64,000 bases of DNA. Origin: Eledone cirrhosa (taxonomy: Eukaryota). The notes under the pieces were generated by a model, which saw nothing but the letters and a program-made list of their open reading frames with translations, was not told the origin of the DNA and ran no database searches. Positions 53,151 to 64,000 of this stretch are shown here, piece after piece. Where the stretch lies: assembly GCA_964016885.1 (NCBI GenBank), contig OZ024750.1, positions 35,154,001 through 35,218,000 on the forward strand, in the 5' to 3' direction. Position 1 is the first letter of the stretch. Each line of letters opens with the position of its first letter. The position numbers were made by a program, and so were the translations under genes.

Positions 53151-54586
53151 TATATATATATATACATATATATACATATATATATATGTATATAGGCACA
53201 AATGTTTTTATTTTCCTTTTTTGACAAGAGTTTAATCAAGAGTTGCTGTTGATAGGATAAAGGCTTCTATTTAGATACAGTTTCAACGCCCCTCTCTCCC
53301 TACTCCCTAACATACACATCTCTCTCTCTCACACACACATCCTCACTCTCTCTCTAACTTACCCCCCACCCCCTCTCTCTGCTGACACTATCCTAACATG
53401 TAATTTAGATTTGTCATTTAAATGTATCTTGCAGAAATGAATAATAATAATGATGATGATAATAATAATAATAATGATAATAATAATGATGATGCCACCA
53501 ATGGTACTAGTTTTCAACTGTTTCTTTACATCGTACACTTATTGTCAGGAAACAAATACCCTTTACAAAATAATTGTAGAAAATATCAGCTGCTCCACAT
53601 TACTGTATTCTTTGCCAGCATAGAAATCAGCCATTAAACAGTGTTGACGATGATGATGATATATATAAATATAATATCTCACCATCATCATCATCATCTG
53701 TTGTTCCATGCTTGCATAGGTTGGACGGATGCTTCTCAGTACAGCTTCTCTCCACTTGTTGTGTTCCTTGGTCATCTTCTCCATGAGCTTTAGCCATCAG
53801 TGATCAGCTCTCACCGCTTCCATCCAGGTCTTCCTTGGTCTTCCTCAACTGTGTCTTCCTTCCACTGGGATTATATGGCACTTTTTTCACCTAGCGATCA
53901 TCATCCATGAGCATCACCTGTCCATACCAACACAGTCTCTTCTCCTACACAGTACATCTGATTTCTCTTATACCCAGTTTCTCCCTCAGTTCATCAGGCA
54001 GGGGGAGAGAAAGGGTGTGTGGGAAGCAAGAAAATCAGAGTCTGAGCGAGGATGGCGGAAGGTAAGGTATGTCAGTATGTGTAGATTTAAGTGTGTGTGT
54101 AAGTGTGAGAGTCTGGAAGTAAGCGAGTGTATGTGAATGTAGGTTTTGAAAAAGCATTGTGTGTGTGTTGGGGTGGAGTGTATGTCTGTACATGTATAGT
54201 CCCTGTATGGTAGTTGGTGTGTGTGTGTGGAATCAAAAGCTCGTCGGACCTTTCTCTCATTACCACAACAGAGATCCGACGAGATTTTGATTCCAGAGAG
54301 TTGGGCCAGATCAATACAGATCGAACCTTGAGCTGATCAATAGCGAAACGCACGTCACTACTCCATAAACATAATGAAGGCTTAACAATTCATCCTTTTA
54401 CTATTATATATATATATATATCATCATCATCATCATCATCATCGTTTAATGTGTATCTTCCAAGCTAGCATGAGTTTAGACGGGAGTTTTCCCACTTGAG
54501 TCAAGATTGGTTGTCTTGCTCGTATAGGACTGTCTGGTGGGTTTTCTACGGCTGGATGCCCTTCCTAACACCAACCACGTTTACAT

Positions 54587-54910
54587 AATAAATGTAATCT
54601 GAGTTTTTCGAATATTAATAATAACATTTGATTCGTTTGCAATTATGCAAACAAGCCTCAATTTTATAGCCATGTCAGTAGAATGAACCCTTCATTCTTG
54701 CTCTTGTGTTGGCAGGTGAACAGTGAGCTGTACTGATGAAGGGTGATACCCACACACATTAGTGTCTGCAGTTCTGTTCACATGCCAACACAAGAGCAAG
54801 AATGAAGGGTTCATTCTACTGACATGGCTATAAAATGGAGGCTTGTTTGCATAATTGCAAACGAATCGAATGTTATTATTAATATTCGACAAACTCAGAT
54901 TACATTTATT
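54587..54910. repeat. Fold-back element, ~135-bp arms, degenerate hammerhead at the apex
   Basis: aataaatgtaatctgagttt...tgttggcaggtgaacag is mirrored by ctgttcacatgccaaca...aaactcagattacatttatt. Confidence 0.93.
54725..54774 (+). ncRNA. Degenerate hammerhead, family F (GAA lost)
   Basis: Stem I GAGCUGUA/UGCAGUUC; CUGAUGA-A; stem II GGGU/ACCC; 'AC' instead of GAA; stem III ACAC/GUGU; GUC site. Confidence 0.55.
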
Positions 54911-54936
54911 GTATTCAGCCATGCAGAGCAAAATTT

Positions 54937-54972
<36 letters not shown>

Positions 54973-54974
<2 letters not shown>

Positions 54975-55020
54975 GATGATTTCTAAAGAATGAAACAGTT
55001 CTAGTCCTGTAGAATCTCAT
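54973..55020 (+). ncRNA. Hammerhead remnant, family G (5' strand of stem I missing)
   Basis: CUGAUGA-UUUC(UAAA)GAAU-GAAA-CAG(8 nt)CUG-UA, lying between (TA)n tracts. Confidence 0.5.
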
Positions 55021-55379
55021 CTATATATATATATATATTTATTCCTTTAATGGTTACAGTCATTGGACTGAGACAATGACACACACACACACACACTCTC
55101 ACATACATGCATACACATACACTTCTATGTATATTTATGTACCTCATCAGAATTACAATTTAAATCAGTTATTTCCTCCTCCCCCTGCTCCCCACCCCCC
55201 TTCCTCCTCATGTTATAATAATATGAATAAAACTTGAGAGAAAGAACTATTTATTAACAGGTGGTTACCACCATCACTACTACTATTACTGCTGCTGCTG
55301 CTTCTTCTCCTACTACTACCACCACCACCACCACTACTATTACTACTACTACTTCTACCACCACCACTAACACCACTAG

Positions 55380-56084
55380 TCAATTCCACAGCAGTAATTG
55401 CCATTGATAATATGACAACAGACCACCACCACCACCACCACCAGTAATACTATAACCACCACCACCTCCTCCAGTAATACCATAACCACCACCACCACCA
55501 CCAGTAATACCATAACTACCACCACCACCACCACCACCAGTAATAGCATAACCACCACCACCACCACCACCACCACCAGTAATACCATAACCACCACCAC
55601 CACCACCACCACCACCACCACCACCACCAATACCATAACAACCACCACCACCACCACCACCAGTAATACCATAACCACCACCACCACCACCATCACCACC
55701 AGTAATACCATAACCACCACCACCACCACCACCACCAGTAATACCATAACCACCACCACCACCACCACCACCAGTAATACCATAACCACCACCACCACCA
55801 CCAGTAATACCATAACCACCACCACCACCACCAATACCATAACCACCACCACCACCACCACCACCACCACCACCACCACCAGTAATACCATAACCACCAC
55901 CACCACCAATACCATAACAACCACCACCACCACCACCACCACCAGTAATACCATAACCACCACCACCAGTAATACCATAACCACTACCACCACCACCACC
56001 ACCAGTAATACCATAACCACCATTGCTATGGCCAACAACAACAACAACAACTACAACAACAATAATATCACCAAGCTTTCTCAT
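55380..56084 (-). CDS. Candidate secreted glycine/tyrosine-rich structural protein (234 aa, GYGIT(G)n repeats)
   Basis: ATG at 56084; N-terminus MRKLGDIIVVVVVVVVVGHSNG resembles a signal peptide; ~17 YG(I)T/I-Gn repeats. Strong splice acceptor (ttcttctttttctcttttcag) ends at 56116; AATAAA at 55255-55250. It could instead be a trinucleotide repeat in a 3' UTR. Confidence 0.45.
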   Translation of the reverse strand: MRKLGDIIVVVVVVVVVGHSNGGYGITGGGGGGSGYGITGGGGYGITGGGGGGGGCYGIGGGGGYGITGGGGGGGGGGGGGYGIGGGGGGYGITGGGGGGYGITGGGGGGGGYGITGGGGGGGGYGITGGDGGGGGGYGITGGGGGGGCYGIGGGGGGGGGGGGGYGITGGGGGGGGGYAITGGGGGGGSYGITGGGGGGYGITGGGGGGYSITGGGGGGGLLSYYQWQLLLWN

Positions 56085-56631
56085 TCTCGTTCTCACTCTC
56101 GTTCACACTCTCACTCTGAAAAGAGAAAAAGAAGAAGAATTGCATATTTAAAGCGACATAATGGATTTCAGAAAGAAAAACAGTAACACATAGCTTCATT
56201 GATTGATCAAGTTATTTTTATGTAGCTTCAGTTGATATGTTATTATTAAGCAAATAAGGAAGATCAAAGCTTTGCTATAATTTTCTTTAAATGTTATTTT
56301 TCTCATTCCGCTTGTCAAATTGCTCATTACCAAGTGTGAATCAATATCTGTAGTGTGATGAATACTTCTGTTCCTATTTTTACCTGGAAATATTCTCTCT
56401 TCTCTTGCCCCCTATAACATGAGCAGTAAATATATTGCCTGCTTTCTAAGCAACTAAATTGTTTGGTGGTGGTGGTGGGGGGGGGGGGGGGGGCGTTCAT
56501 TTAGTTTTGTAGCTTTTCAAGAGAATATGGTGTTATCCCATTAGCTTGCAAAAATATGGAATGTGAGAATATGTGCATGTAGGAAGAAATATATTCATAA
56601 CAATCACTTAAAACACACCACATAACTTCCT

Positions 56632-56674
<43 letters not shown>

Positions 56675-56711
56675 TATAAGTATTAATAAAATAGATGTTC
56701 TTTTGATCAAT

Positions 56712-56770
56712 TACATTTTATTATACATATTTCGGATGTACAACAGTACGTCCTCATCAGACAAAATATA
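56712..56770 (-). ncRNA. Type I hammerhead ribozyme, family D-like (left arm)
   Basis: UAUAUUUUGU-CUGAUGA-GGACGUAC(UGUU)GUACAUCC-GAAA-UAUGUA-UA-AUAAAAUGUA: 10-bp stem I, canonical core, self-complementary stem III. Confidence 0.82.
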
Positions 56771-56990
56771 ATGATACATGACATACCCTGAGATGTTAAA
56801 TGGTTAAGATTTAATCAAGGTAGTCATTTAAATCTTAACCATTTAACATCTCAGGGTATGTCATGTATCTACGATCTGAGTTCAAATCCCGCCGAGGTTG
56901 ACTTTGCCTTTCATCCTTACGGAGTCGATAAAATAAAGTACCAGTAATGCACTGGGTAATTGCTGGCCTTGTGCCGAAAGTAGAAACAAT

Positions 56991-57049
56991 TATATTTTGT
57001 CTGATGAGGACGTACTGTTGTACACCCGAAATATGTATAATAAAATGTA
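56991..57049 (+). ncRNA. Type I hammerhead ribozyme, family D-like (right arm)
   Basis: Same as the left-arm copy, with one extra stem II mismatch (GUACACCC). Confidence 0.75.
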
Positions 57050-57439
57050 ATTGATCAAAAGAACATCTATTTTATTAATACTTATATTTTAATATTAATA
57101 ACTCCTGAAAATTATGTTGCCGTTGAGTGCTTCCAATCTACTGTAAACCTCATTCTTTGACATAATCATTGAATATTGTTTGACAACTTAATACTTATAT
57201 ATATATATATTTATCCAGGAAGTTATGTATATATATATATATATACACACACATACATATATATATATATATACATATATAGTTGTACATATGTATATAT
57301 ATATATGCATACATACATACATCATCATCATCATCTTCGTTTAACGTCCGTTTTCCACGCTAGCATAGGTTAGACGGAGCATGGGTTATGTATATATATA
57401 TATATACATATACATACATATGTATATATATATATACAT

Positions 57440-57605
57440 ATGGTGGCTGCCAACTCGTTTTCGAGTACGGCCACTACTTTATATCCATGTAGGAGAACCC
57501 CTATCGATGCGCTTAACGAGTGTGGCTTTTTAGTCCAGCCAGCGACTTGAAAACTCTGGTACAAACACTACACCTGTGACAATTATTGACACATAGTGCT
57601 GGGCC
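57440..57605 (-). mobile_element. Extreme 3' end of an RTE/BovB-type LINE (C2H2 finger and 3' stem-loop)
   Basis: CSVCTRVFKSLAGLKSHTR*AH, then the hairpin gtggccgtactcgaaaacgagttggcagccac. Confidence 0.55.
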
Positions 57606-59214
57606 CATATATATATATATATATACATACATACATATATATATACATATATATATATGTGCATATATATATATATATATACACATGCATACATACATAC
57701 ATACACACACACACATATATATATACATATATATATATAAATATTTATATATGTATGTATATATATATATATTTATATATGTATATATATGTATATATAT
57801 ATTTATATATGTATGTGTATATATATATATATATGTATATGTATGTATAGTGGTAGAACACTGGAAGGTAATATCCGCAGTGGTAGAGCACTCAGTCCAT
57901 GGGACGAGTTAGGTAGAAGTGGTTACACAACAGTTAGTTCACCATAATTTATATATGTATGTATATGTATATATATATTTATATATGTATGTATCATCAT
58001 CATCATTTTACGTCTGCTTTTCCCTGCTTGCAAGGGTGGGACGGGAACTGATTCTGGCTTGATTTCTACAGCTGGATGCCCTTCCTAACACCAACCTCAT
58101 TTACAGTGAGTGCTGGGTGTTTTTTTTCCATGGCGCCTACATGTCCACTTTACAGTGGAATGATAGGGAACCCAGTGCCTATAATCTCATTTCTACAGCT
58201 GAGTAAACTGGAGCAATGTGAAATAAAGTGTCTTGCTCAAGGAAACATGTATATGTATGTATATATATCTATATATGTATGTATATGTATATATGGGAAA
58301 CCGCTAGAGTTGGTTGAGGACTTCCTGTATCTGAGAGCAAAGATTGGGAGCACAGAGGGTGATGTGGTTGAGAGGAAGAGCAAAGCCTGGGCAGCAGGCC
58401 ACAGTTCGAGATCAGTGTGGAAGTCGGACTTTCGAAAAAACTTGAAGATCCATATTTTCATTGCTACAGTGGAGTCAATGCTACTGTATGAGTGTAAGAC
58501 TTGGACACTGACCAAGAAACTTGCCCACATGGTGGATGGGTGCTACACGAGAATGCTGAGGATGGCTCTGAACATTAATCAGTATACACTGAGGATGAAG
58601 ATCTCAGAACTGATGTTAAGGTATTGTTCTCAAAATAAATACTTTCAAAATCTCATAGATTCGATATTATATGAGATAATTATACGAGGTAAAGCCTTTA
58701 CTATGAAAATATAATAGTATATAGAGTAATCTGAATGTTATGTGAGATAATTATGCGAGGTAAAGCCTTTACCATGAAAATATAATAGTATATATAGAGT
58801 AATGTGTATGTTATGTCAGATAATTATGCGAGGTAAAGCCTTTACTATGAAAATACAATAGTATATATATAGAGTAATGTGAATGCTAAAGGGTTAATGT
58901 TTCCCCTTTAAAAACTCGTTTTTTGTTTTGTCTTGTTTATGCCCATTGTTTGTCCTCTGTCAATTTTCTTAAGTTTATTTTAACTGATTTAGCTCATTTG
59001 ACAAAATAATGAAATTAATAGATATTGAATATGAAATTCTTGAAAGTGTCTTTTGAATAGAAAGTATTTATAATTTTGCTGCTGTGGATAAGGATATTGA
59101 ACTCTCTGAAAATGTCAATCAATAAAGAATGTTATTTTCAAAGATAGCAGTGCAGGATTAATTCCTACTGCTTTTCAATATAGATCTGTGATGTGTAAGG
59201 CAAAATATTCTTTT

Positions 59215-60062
59215 CTAAATACATTACCAGAAATATCTGTTTTCCCATTATGTATGCTTTCTACATTTATGTGTCTGTGTGTATATATGCATGTGTGTGT
59301 GTGTGTTGTAAGTTCCACACCATTTCTGATTGTATATTCATGTGTGTATATGTGTGTATGTGTGTGTGTATGTATTTGTGTGTATGTATGTCTATTTATA
59401 TGTGTGTATGTATGTGTATGTATATGTGTGTATGTGCATATTGTAAATTCCACACTCTGATTGTACATTTAAGTGTATGTGTATATATATGTGTGTGTCA
59501 TCATCATCATCATCACCGTTTTACGTCCGTTCTTCCACGCTAGCATGTGTGTATGTGTATATATGGATATATGTGTGTATGTGTTGTAAATCCCATACAC
59601 TCTCTGATTGTACATTTATGTATGTGTATATATGTATCTGTGTGTGTGTGTATGTATATGTGTGTGTATATATATTATATATATATATATGTGTGTGTAT
59701 GTATATATGTATATGTGTGTGTGTGTATATATATGTGTATCTGTGTGTGTGTGTGTGTGTGTGTATATGTATCTGTATCTGTGTGTGTGTGTGTATATAT
59801 ATGTATCTGTGTGTATATATATATATAGGTATCTCTGTGTTTATATGTATATGTGTCTGTATATATATATATATATCTGTGTGCGTATATATCTATCTAT
59901 CTGTGTGTGTTTATATATATATATATCTGTGTGAGTATATGTATATGTATCTGTGTGTATATATATCTATCTGTGTATATATATATATATGTATCTGTGT
60001 GTGTATCTATATCTCTGTGTGTATATATATGTATGTATCTCTGTATATATATATATATATCT
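59215..60062. repeat. Compound (TG)/(TA) low-complexity tract
   Basis: Direct inspection. Confidence 0.9.
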
Positions 60063-60607
60063 CTTTGGGGATATTTAGCTACTATTTCTATTTCAGTGGA
60101 AGGCTCCCTCATGGACTAGAGAAATCACTTGCTGTATCTTTGAACATGTGTGTTGTTTTAAGGAAATGTCACCTTGAGTTTAGAGAAGACAAAAAAAAAA
60201 AAAACCCCATATCTTTGAAAGATGTATGGCATAATATTGATTAAATTTTTCCCAGTGCATTACTGGTACTTTATTTTATTGAACCCATAAGGATGAAATC
60301 AAAGTGAACCTCAGCAGGATTTGAACTCAGAATGTTAAGGGATGTAACTCTATACCACAAAATTAGTGGAAATAACCAAAACCTCTATTTTGTTTTATTA
60401 TTATACAAAACTGTGTATTGGCAGTATCGGTAGAGGGTCGGACGCCATGCTTTCCAACATAGTTACGTCCCTTTACAATCTGAGTTCAAATCCCGCCGAG
60501 GTTAACTTTGCTTTCATCCTTACGGGGTCGATAAAATAAAGTACCAGTAATGCACTGAGTAATTGCTGGCCTTGTGCCTAAAGTAGAAACAATTATTATA
60601 CAAAACT

Positions 60608-62560
60608 CGTCATTTGGACTTCATTTCCCAGTTTATGAATGACATTCATCATATCCCTGATGAACAAAATACAGCGGCGGATGCCTTATCTCGTCTACCC
60701 ATCAATTCCTTTCCAGCACCTGCGAATATTGATTTGCATCTTATGGCTGCAGAATAACCCACCCTAGAGTCATTGGATCTCTCTTCACTGGAATTAGCAA
60801 CCTGCAAATTCAAATACCTGCCTGTACCTACTTCAGACTCTCAGATTCTCTGTGATACTGCGACAGATTCACCTCACCCTCTGGTCCCAGAGGCTCATCG
60901 TCGAATAGTTTTCAACTCTCTACGCAGTCTGGCACACCCCGGAATTTCAACCACAGTGAAACTCATTTTGGCTAGATTCTTCTGGCTAAATATGAGACGT
61001 GATATCACTGCTTGGTCACGTTCTTGTTTGTTTTGTCTGAAGTCAAAGGTGCATAAGCATATTCGTGCACCTCTCAGGCACATTTAGCATACCTGATGCA
61101 CACTTTTACCACATACATATCGATCTCATGGGACCTGCATTGATCGTTTCACCTGATGACTTGAAGCCATTCCTCTTAATGAAATAACTGCGGAATCTGT
61201 AGCACGAGCCCTGGTTTCATGATGGATATCGCGCTACAGGGTTCCTACCACTATTACTACAGACCATGGTAGGCAGTTCGAATCTCAACTTTTCATGGAT
61301 CTATCAAATATCATCGGCCCTCAACGTATCTGAACTACCAGTTACCATCCTGCATCTAATGGAATGGTGGAGCATTTTCATCGCCAGCTGAAGGCTATCT
61401 GGATACTCTACATTGCAGCAACTACCTCCTCATAGTACTACTCGGCATCCGCACTTCTAGTTAAGGAGGATTGGATTCTCTCCAGCTGAGCTTTTGTATG
61501 GCACTCCTTTGTCTTTGCCAGGACAGATGCTTGCCCCAGTCAATCTGTCTACTCAGGATCCCACATTCTATGTGAACCGTTTGCGTTCGTATTTTCAAGT
61601 CCTGCCTCCTATGAACACTCGGCAACAAGCCATTAAATCTTCGGTCCCGGGGGACATTGCCTCATGGACCAATGTTTTTGTCAGAAATGAGGCAGTGAGA
61701 AGTCCTTTCACTCCACTTTACTCTGGACCCTATTGTGTGCTAGCATGTACAGACAAACATTTCACCATTGACTTTAATGACCATAGAGACACAGTCTCTA
61801 CTGACCGACTGAAGCGGGCCTACTCAGATGCTCTCACTATAGACCGCCATACTTCACCCTCCTACACTGTGTCAATACAAACACCACCGCAAGCACCACA
61901 AGTTCATACACACACTCCTTCACCTTCAACATACGTCACGACAACCCGGACTGGTCGTCATGTCCATTGACCCAAAACCTTTCTAAAACAATTTACATAT
62001 GTGATTGATTTATGTATAACAAACTTTGAAACTTGCCTTGAAACATGAACTATTCTTTTTTTGCATTTACTTTGCTTCACTTGTGTTACCTTTTCAGAGA
62101 TTTTCTTCTCATTTTTATCGACTGCTTCGCAGTCTAAGCAGAGGAAGTAGCAGAACTACTTCATACCTTGCAACAACAATGTTTCATATGTGATTTGGTT
62201 AAAAAAACCAATTGTATTAGATTGCATATGAATACATAGTTGCCTCCCCCTTATAAAATCTTCTGGTTCACCAGAGAGAGAACTCTAGACAGCAAGAGGA
62301 GAAGACGTACTGCAGAGTAGCTCTTACATATTCCTCATATTTTCCTGTGAAGAGGAACTAAATATTTATCAATGAGACATATTCAACATCTCGGGAATTG
62401 TTCTATTACGGTATAAGATATTCATCGTTTCCTGTTTTGTTCTAGAAAGTATCTGTCTGGCTTCGACCTAACGGCAGTAATTGCTTTCATTTCTTATATC
62501 CTCATCTCTTATATCCTCCTGTGTGTATATAAATTTGGCCTTCTAACAATAAATATGTGT
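60608..62560 (+). mobile_element. Decayed Ty3/Gypsy LTR retrotransposon: RNase H end, integrase, probable 3' LTR
   Basis: RHLDFISQF..NTAADALSR; zinc finger HPGISTTVKLI..WSRSCLFC; core ITTDHGRQFES, TTSYHPASNGMVE; YSGPY; TRTGR. Multiple stops and frameshifts. Purine tract near 62137-62147; LTR boundaries approximate. Confidence 0.88.
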
Positions 62561-63304
62561 TTATATCAAATTGAGTGTGAAAAATGATAATTATTTATAC
62601 CTGGATGTCAGAAGCCTGTTGTTGCAAGTAAAAGGTATTAATAAGCATTTGACTCTCTTTTCGTCATATATTATTTGTTTATCTATTCGTTTATCTAATC
62701 CCGCCGAGGTTGACTTTGCCTTTCATCCTTACGGGGTCGATAAAATAAAGTACCAGTAATGCACTGGTAATTGCTGGCCTTGTGCCTAAAGTAGAAACAA
62801 TTATTTGTTTATCTATTTAATCATGACAGACCAGAAGTATCTAGTACTTCTTACAGTTGAGAAACAAAATAAAAAGAGAAGATATATAGAGATAAGTGAA
62901 TATAAAAACATAAATTTAAAATAAAATACAATAATGTAAATAGGGAAGGCCAATGGGATGTAAAAAATAAAGAAAAAATGGAAAACAAGGGAAGCTGTAA
63001 AGCAGCTAGAAGGTTCTGTTGTTGAATCTTTTTATAACCTCCATGTACCGATATTGTTTATAGTTGGTAGATCTTTTACAATATATTGTATCTCCAATCT
63101 TGGTAGTTTTTTAATGATTGCCTTCAAGATGTCTTCTCTCTCTAAGACTGATAGTTTTTACATTGGAACAAATAGTGCCAAAGAGTTTCAGGTAAGTTAC
63201 CACAAGAACATAAAGGAGATTTTCTTGTTTATAGTTGGTAGATCTTTTACAATATATTGTATCTCCAATCTTGGTTTTTTTATGATTGGCTTTAAGATGT
63301 CTTA

Positions 63305-64000
63305 AGACAAAAGACTAGCATGGAAGGCTTGGAAAATGGTGGCAATATAGACCAATACTCAGCCACTAAAAGAGAAGCTAGATGTCAGGTGTACTTAGTA
63401 TGCAAGGAAGCTGAGGTTTGCAAATGTTCTGCGAAGGGAAAATCAGAGACGTGTGGTGTTCCGCATTGCAAGGTAGTGTGTCAGTGTAAATCAGAATGTT
63501 GAAGATAAGTGTGTCTGAAATGATGCTGGAGTACTTAGTGTCACTGATGCTCAAAAAAAGGAGGCCTGGAAATGTCATTATGAGAGACTGATGAATGTTG
63601 AGAATGAATGGGAGAGAGAGAAACTACCCCCAGTAGACCCGACAGAGGGACCAGCTATTGAGATTGATGACTATAGGGTCAAAGAGGCAATTAAGGAAAT
63701 GAAAAGTGGTAAGGCTGCTGGACTGTCAGGGATAGTTGCTGAGATGCTAAAGGCATCAGGAGAAGTAGGAACTAAACTGGTTGCATGCATAGTCAATCAA
63801 GCTATATATGGCGGAGTCATACCCAAAGACTGGTGCAGCAGTATTCTCATAAATTGCTACAAAGGGGATGCTCTGGAGAGGAGCAATTATAGGGGTATAA
63901 AACTGATGGATCAGGTTATAAAAGTGGCAGAGAGAATATTAGCACAACTAATTAGAGAAAGGGTCAAATTAGATGAGATGGAGTTTGGTTTAGTGCCTGG
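63305..64000 (+). pseudogene. RTE LINE ORF fragment (linker and RT N-terminus), running off the window
   Basis: AIKEMKSGKAAGLSGIVAEMLKASGE..IPKDWCSSILINCYK-GDALERSNYRGIKL..EMEFGLVP; upstream part frameshifted. Confidence 0.9.

Larger units (their letters stand above)
56666..57095. repeat. Fold-back element (~148-bp arms) with mirrored hammerheads, right arm split by a SINE
   Basis: Left arm 56666-56813; right arm 56828-56869 + 56989-57095; truncated SINE family 1 copy at 56870-56990. Confidence 0.93.

Noticed and set aside
54229-54365. Hairpin followed by GCU/AGC-GAAA-CGCACG-UC (hammerhead 3' half)
   Set aside because: No CUGANGA and no adjacent stem I; too degenerate to call.
55376-56050. 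Poly-Val and poly-Trp ORFs
   Set aside because: Alternative frames of the (GGT)n-rich repeat with non-ATG starts.
60657-61165. CTGATGA matches at ~60657 and ~61153
   Set aside because: Inside Gypsy pol coding remnants, with no stem II-GAAA-stem III context.

Overview
Repeat-saturated, AT-rich eukaryotic DNA. The SINE families, RTE/CR1 LINEs and abundant (TA)n/(CA)n microsatellites suggest a cephalopod (octopus-like) genome; this is an inference, not a database result. Most ORFs in the track are artefacts of microsatellites or satellites. Recognisable content includes decayed RTE, CR1-like, Vingi/Ingi-like and CRE-like (RLE) LINE fragments, a Gypsy pol remnant, two SINE families, piggyBac- and hAT-type MITEs, a non-autonomous Helitron and five large tandem arrays. 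There is one candidate host exon encoding a signal-peptide-bearing Gly/Tyr-rich protein (55380-56084, minus strand). The main unexplained signal is about 13 type I hammerhead-ribozyme motifs (intact, variant or degenerate) from about 7 sequence families. They nearly all lie in short ORF-less elements next to (TA)n tracts, and five of these elements are long fold-back palindromes with the ribozyme at the hairpin apex or mirrored on both arms. This resembles Penelope-like (PLE) pseudo-LTR or retrozyme remnants, with unusual core variants (U3-A8, U4A, extra nucleotide after A9, 116-nt stem II). All folds were worked out by eye and activity is untested.
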